IMG/VR virus record: IMGVR_UViG_3300024346_000020
Length of the DNA: 23,259 bases
Strand: one strand, 5' to 3'
Origin: a virus
Lineage: Duplodnaviria; Heunggongvirae; Uroviricota; Caudoviricetes
Each line of letters begins with the position of its first letter. Within the stretch, counting starts at the first letter, position 1. Shown here in pieces: positions 21,132 to 23,259 of this stretch. The notes under the pieces were generated by a model. That model was not told where the DNA came from. It worked only from the letters and a program-made list of their open reading frames with translations, and made no database searches. The translations under genes were made by a program, and so were the position numbers.

Positions 21132-22778
21132 ATGAGTTATAGTTACGATAAGTTTTTAAGACCAATTACTTCTTCTGATAAGAGTATTAAGATTTTAGAT
21201 AATACTAATGATATTAAATATACAATAGATCCATTTGTTATTATAAATGTCGCGGTCACTAATAATATTTTAAGAATAAGTTTAAGATCATTAAAGGTTA
21301 TTTTATTAGATTTTTCAACAAAAAATGAAGCCAAGATAGCTTTGATAAGAATACAGGAACAAATTGATATTCTAACTTCTAAAGTTCCAATTTTAATAGA
21401 TAAAGATATCAAAAACTACATTCAAAGTAAAATTGATCAAGTTGGTATCATTGTTGGACCTACTGGTCCACAAGGTGCGACAGGTTCTGCAGATAGATAC
21501 TCTGCAACCTCAAGTACAACTTTTGAAGTTCCTGTTGTTGGTGAGTATGTTGAATTATCAACACAAGAAAATTTAGCATATAGTTCTGCACAGAGTGTTG
21601 TTATTTATAATGACTTACCTAATTTATATGATTTTGATTATGAAATCGATGGTTCTTATTTTGTAGGTCAGATAGATTATTATGATCCAGAAACTGGTGA
21701 TATGTCATTAGTAACTACCTTTTCACACGGTACTGGAACTTATAGTTACTGGTATCTTAATTTAAGTGGTATGATTCCAGATGTAGCAACAAGCTCTGAA
21801 TCATTAGATTTAACAAGTTTAACAACTGATATTATTCCTGCAGTAAATAGTCAGTATAGTTTAGGATCAAGTGCATCACAATGGAAAAGCTTACACGTTT
21901 CTGGACAAACAATTTATATCGGTGGTGTTCCTTTATCAACTGATGGTCAGTCATTACTTGTAAATAGTATAAATCTAGGCACAACTGCTTCTCCTTTAAT
22001 TTTATCTACAAATAATGATAAATTAATAATAAACGGTGTAACAGTTTCTTTTGGAACATCAGGTACATCTGGATCTTCTGGTACAGATGGTACTTCTGGT
22101 ATAGACGGAATTGATGGAATCGATGGGTCTTCTGGTACATCTGGATCTTCTGGTACATCTGGTGTTAATGGATTCCAAGGATTGCCTGGTAGTTCTGGTA
22201 CATCTGGATCTTCTGGTGCAGATGGTACTTCTGGTATAAACGGTACTTCAAATTACTTAGTATATACAGCTTTATTAACACAGAGTGGTGGGGATAATCC
22301 TGTTGCACAAGGCGCTGGCGATATAATGATAGGGGTTACCTATGTAATCCAGGAGGCAAAATCTGGAACATGGGACTTTACAAATGTAGGTGCGCCGAAT
22401 AATGATGACGGAACTTATTTTGTAGCTACAGGAACTACACCAAATGAATGGGGAGAAGCTAGCCTACAATACAATAATGGAACTCCAGTAGTAACAGTGT
22501 TAGAAAACACCATTGGGAATATTTGGTTTACTTATAATGATCCAGGAATTTATAGTGGAGGTATTTATAGTTGTAATTCAGATGGATTATTTACAGAAGG
22601 TAAAGTTTTTACGACAGTAACAAATCTTTTGAATCTACTAGATACTTTATTTCCTTTTACTACAACATTTGGTTATAACAATACATCAACCGTGTTACTT
22701 AAAACTAGTATAAAAGATGAGTATCAAAATGATCTTATAGCTCCTAACACTCCAATAGAAATAAGAGTTTATTCATAA
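21132..22778 (+). CDS. Putative tail-fibre/spike protein with Gly-X-Y repeats and C-terminal YTALLTQ...VLENTIGNIW...PIEIRVY domain
   Basis: GPTGPQGATGS, fibre-type IIPAVNSQYSLGSSASQWKSLHV motif, 22 consecutive Gly-X-Y triplets, and a C-terminal domain paralogous to the next ORF. Confidence 0.75.
   Translation: MSYSYDKFLRPITSSDKSIKILDNTNDIKYTIDPFVIINVAVTNNILRISLRSLKVILLDFSTKNEAKIALIRIQEQIDILTSKVPILIDKDIKNYIQSKIDQVGIIVGPTGPQGATGSADRYSATSSTTFEVPVVGEYVELSTQENLAYSSAQSVVIYNDLPNLYDFDYEIDGSYFVGQIDYYDPETGDMSLVTTFSHGTGTYSYWYLNLSGMIPDVATSSESLDLTSLTTDIIPAVNSQYSLGSSASQWKSLHVSGQTIYIGGVPLSTDGQSLLVNSINLGTTASPLILSTNNDKLIINGVTVSFGTSGTSGSSGTDGTSGIDGIDGIDGSSGTSGSSGTSGVNGFQGLPGSSGTSGSSGADGTSGINGTSNYLVYTALLTQSGGDNPVAQGAGDIMIGVTYVIQEAKSGTWDFTNVGAPNNDDGTYFVATGTTPNEWGEASLQYNNGTPVVTVLENTIGNIWFTYNDPGIYSGGIYSCNSDGLFTEGKVFTTVTNLLNLLDTLFPFTTTFGYNNTSTVLLKTSIKDEYQNDLIAPNTPIEIRVYS
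22053..22250 (+). repeat. 22 Gly-X-Y triplets (GTS/GSS/GID-rich, one Pro); 47-nt near-identical direct repeat 22062-22108 vs 22197-22243 (2 mismatches)
   Basis: Counted from translation and DNA. Confidence 0.9.
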
Positions 22779-22794
22779 GTAACATAAATAACAA

Positions 22795-23259
22795 ATGGCA
22801 ATAGGTAATAGAGGAATAGGGTGGACACAAGAATCCAACTTATTATATCAAATTTTAAAACAACTAACAAGACTTACATCTATTATATTTGGATTAGCAC
22901 CTAAATACAAAGTATATACAGCTTTATTAACCCAAACCGGAAATATCGATATAACTCAATATATTAATTATGGACCAGTAACACAAGGAGTTACTTATTT
23001 TATTGATGATACTCCAGGAGGTGCTTCTGATTTTACTAATGTTGGAGGTCTCCAATATCCAGAATGCGTGAATACTTACTTTGTAGCTATTAATTCAGAT
23101 ACCCCTAATGAATATGATGGCGCAGTATTACAATATAACGCAGGAGCTCCGGTAACAACTGTATTAGAAAACACCATCGGAAATATTTGGTGGACTGGAA
23201 TATCCGGCAATTTGACCTGTAATTCGAATAATTTATTTTTGACTGATAAAACTTTTACT
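22795..23259 (+). CDS. Partial ORF (155 codons, runs off the window): short N-terminal module MAIGNRGIGWTQESNLLYQILKQLTRL fused to a paralog of the upstream fibre's C-terminal domain
   Basis: Hand translation, no stop to window end: ...KYKVYTALLTQTGN...VTYFI...DFTNVGG...TYFVA...TPNEYDGAVLQYNAGAPVTTVLENTIGNIWWT...; absent from the ORF track because it is truncated. Confidence 0.85.
   Translation, partial: MAIGNRGIGWTQESNLLYQILKQLTRLTSIIFGLAPKYKVYTALLTQTGNIDITQYINYGPVTQGVTYFIDDTPGGASDFTNVGGLQYPECVNTYFVAINSDTPNEYDGAVLQYNAGAPVTTVLENTIGNIWWTGISGNLTCNSNNLFLTDKTFT

Noticed and set aside
22260-23190. Possible DGR template/variable repeat pair
   Set aside because: Differences involve all bases and indels, both copies are coding with synonymous changes, and no reverse transcriptase is in the window.
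1-23259. Stop-codon reassignment as seen in some large phages
   Set aside because: Long ORFs are intact under the standard code, and TAA, TAG (102-104, 5763-5765) and TGA (416-418) all end genes at sensible boundaries.
1-23259. tRNA, rRNA, CRISPR array or IS element
   Set aside because: Intergenic gaps are short; no cloverleaf, regularly spaced repeat-spacer array, transposase or terminal inverted repeats were seen.
1-23259. Eukaryotic giant virus or cellular chromosome origin
   Set aside because: Overlapping operonic genes, intrinsic terminators, Bacteroidota-type promoters, PhoH and fibre-like genes with no housekeeping operons favour a bacteriophage, though hallmark genes are outside the window.

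Overview
Very AT-rich (by eye under about 30% GC, not computed), gene-dense window that reads as part of a large (jumbo/huge) tailed dsDNA phage genome, probably infecting a Bacteroidota host. No capsid, terminase or portal gene is in view, so phage identity is an inference. Standard genetic code. Left part (1-10.6 kb): small accessory genes and nucleotide-handling enzymes (SLOG-like protein, two Nudix hydrolases, A1S_2505/macro-like protein, Pol-beta-type nucleotidyltransferase, OB-less ligase-type adenylation domain, M20/M28 peptidase, PhoH) plus an antisense GIY-YIG endonuclease with four ~45-aa repeats. Right part (10.9-23.3 kb): large putative virion/tail genes (1943-aa mosaic protein, 892-aa and 384-aa unknowns, a collagen-like fibre protein and the start of a paralogous fibre/adaptor gene). 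Three recurring patterns stand out. (1) A shared R-x-x-[KR]-[IL]-x-x-[IL]-[GILF] peptide at or near the C-terminus of most small proteins in the first operon. (2) An intergenic TTAATATATA motif before nearly every transcription unit that lacks a host-type TAnnTTTG promoter, suggesting two promoter classes. (3) T4-capsid-targeting-like N-termini on small proteins behind the TTAATATATA motif. Together these suggest a peptide 'address tag' system sorting phage proteins by stage and destination; this is a hypothesis, not a demonstrated function.
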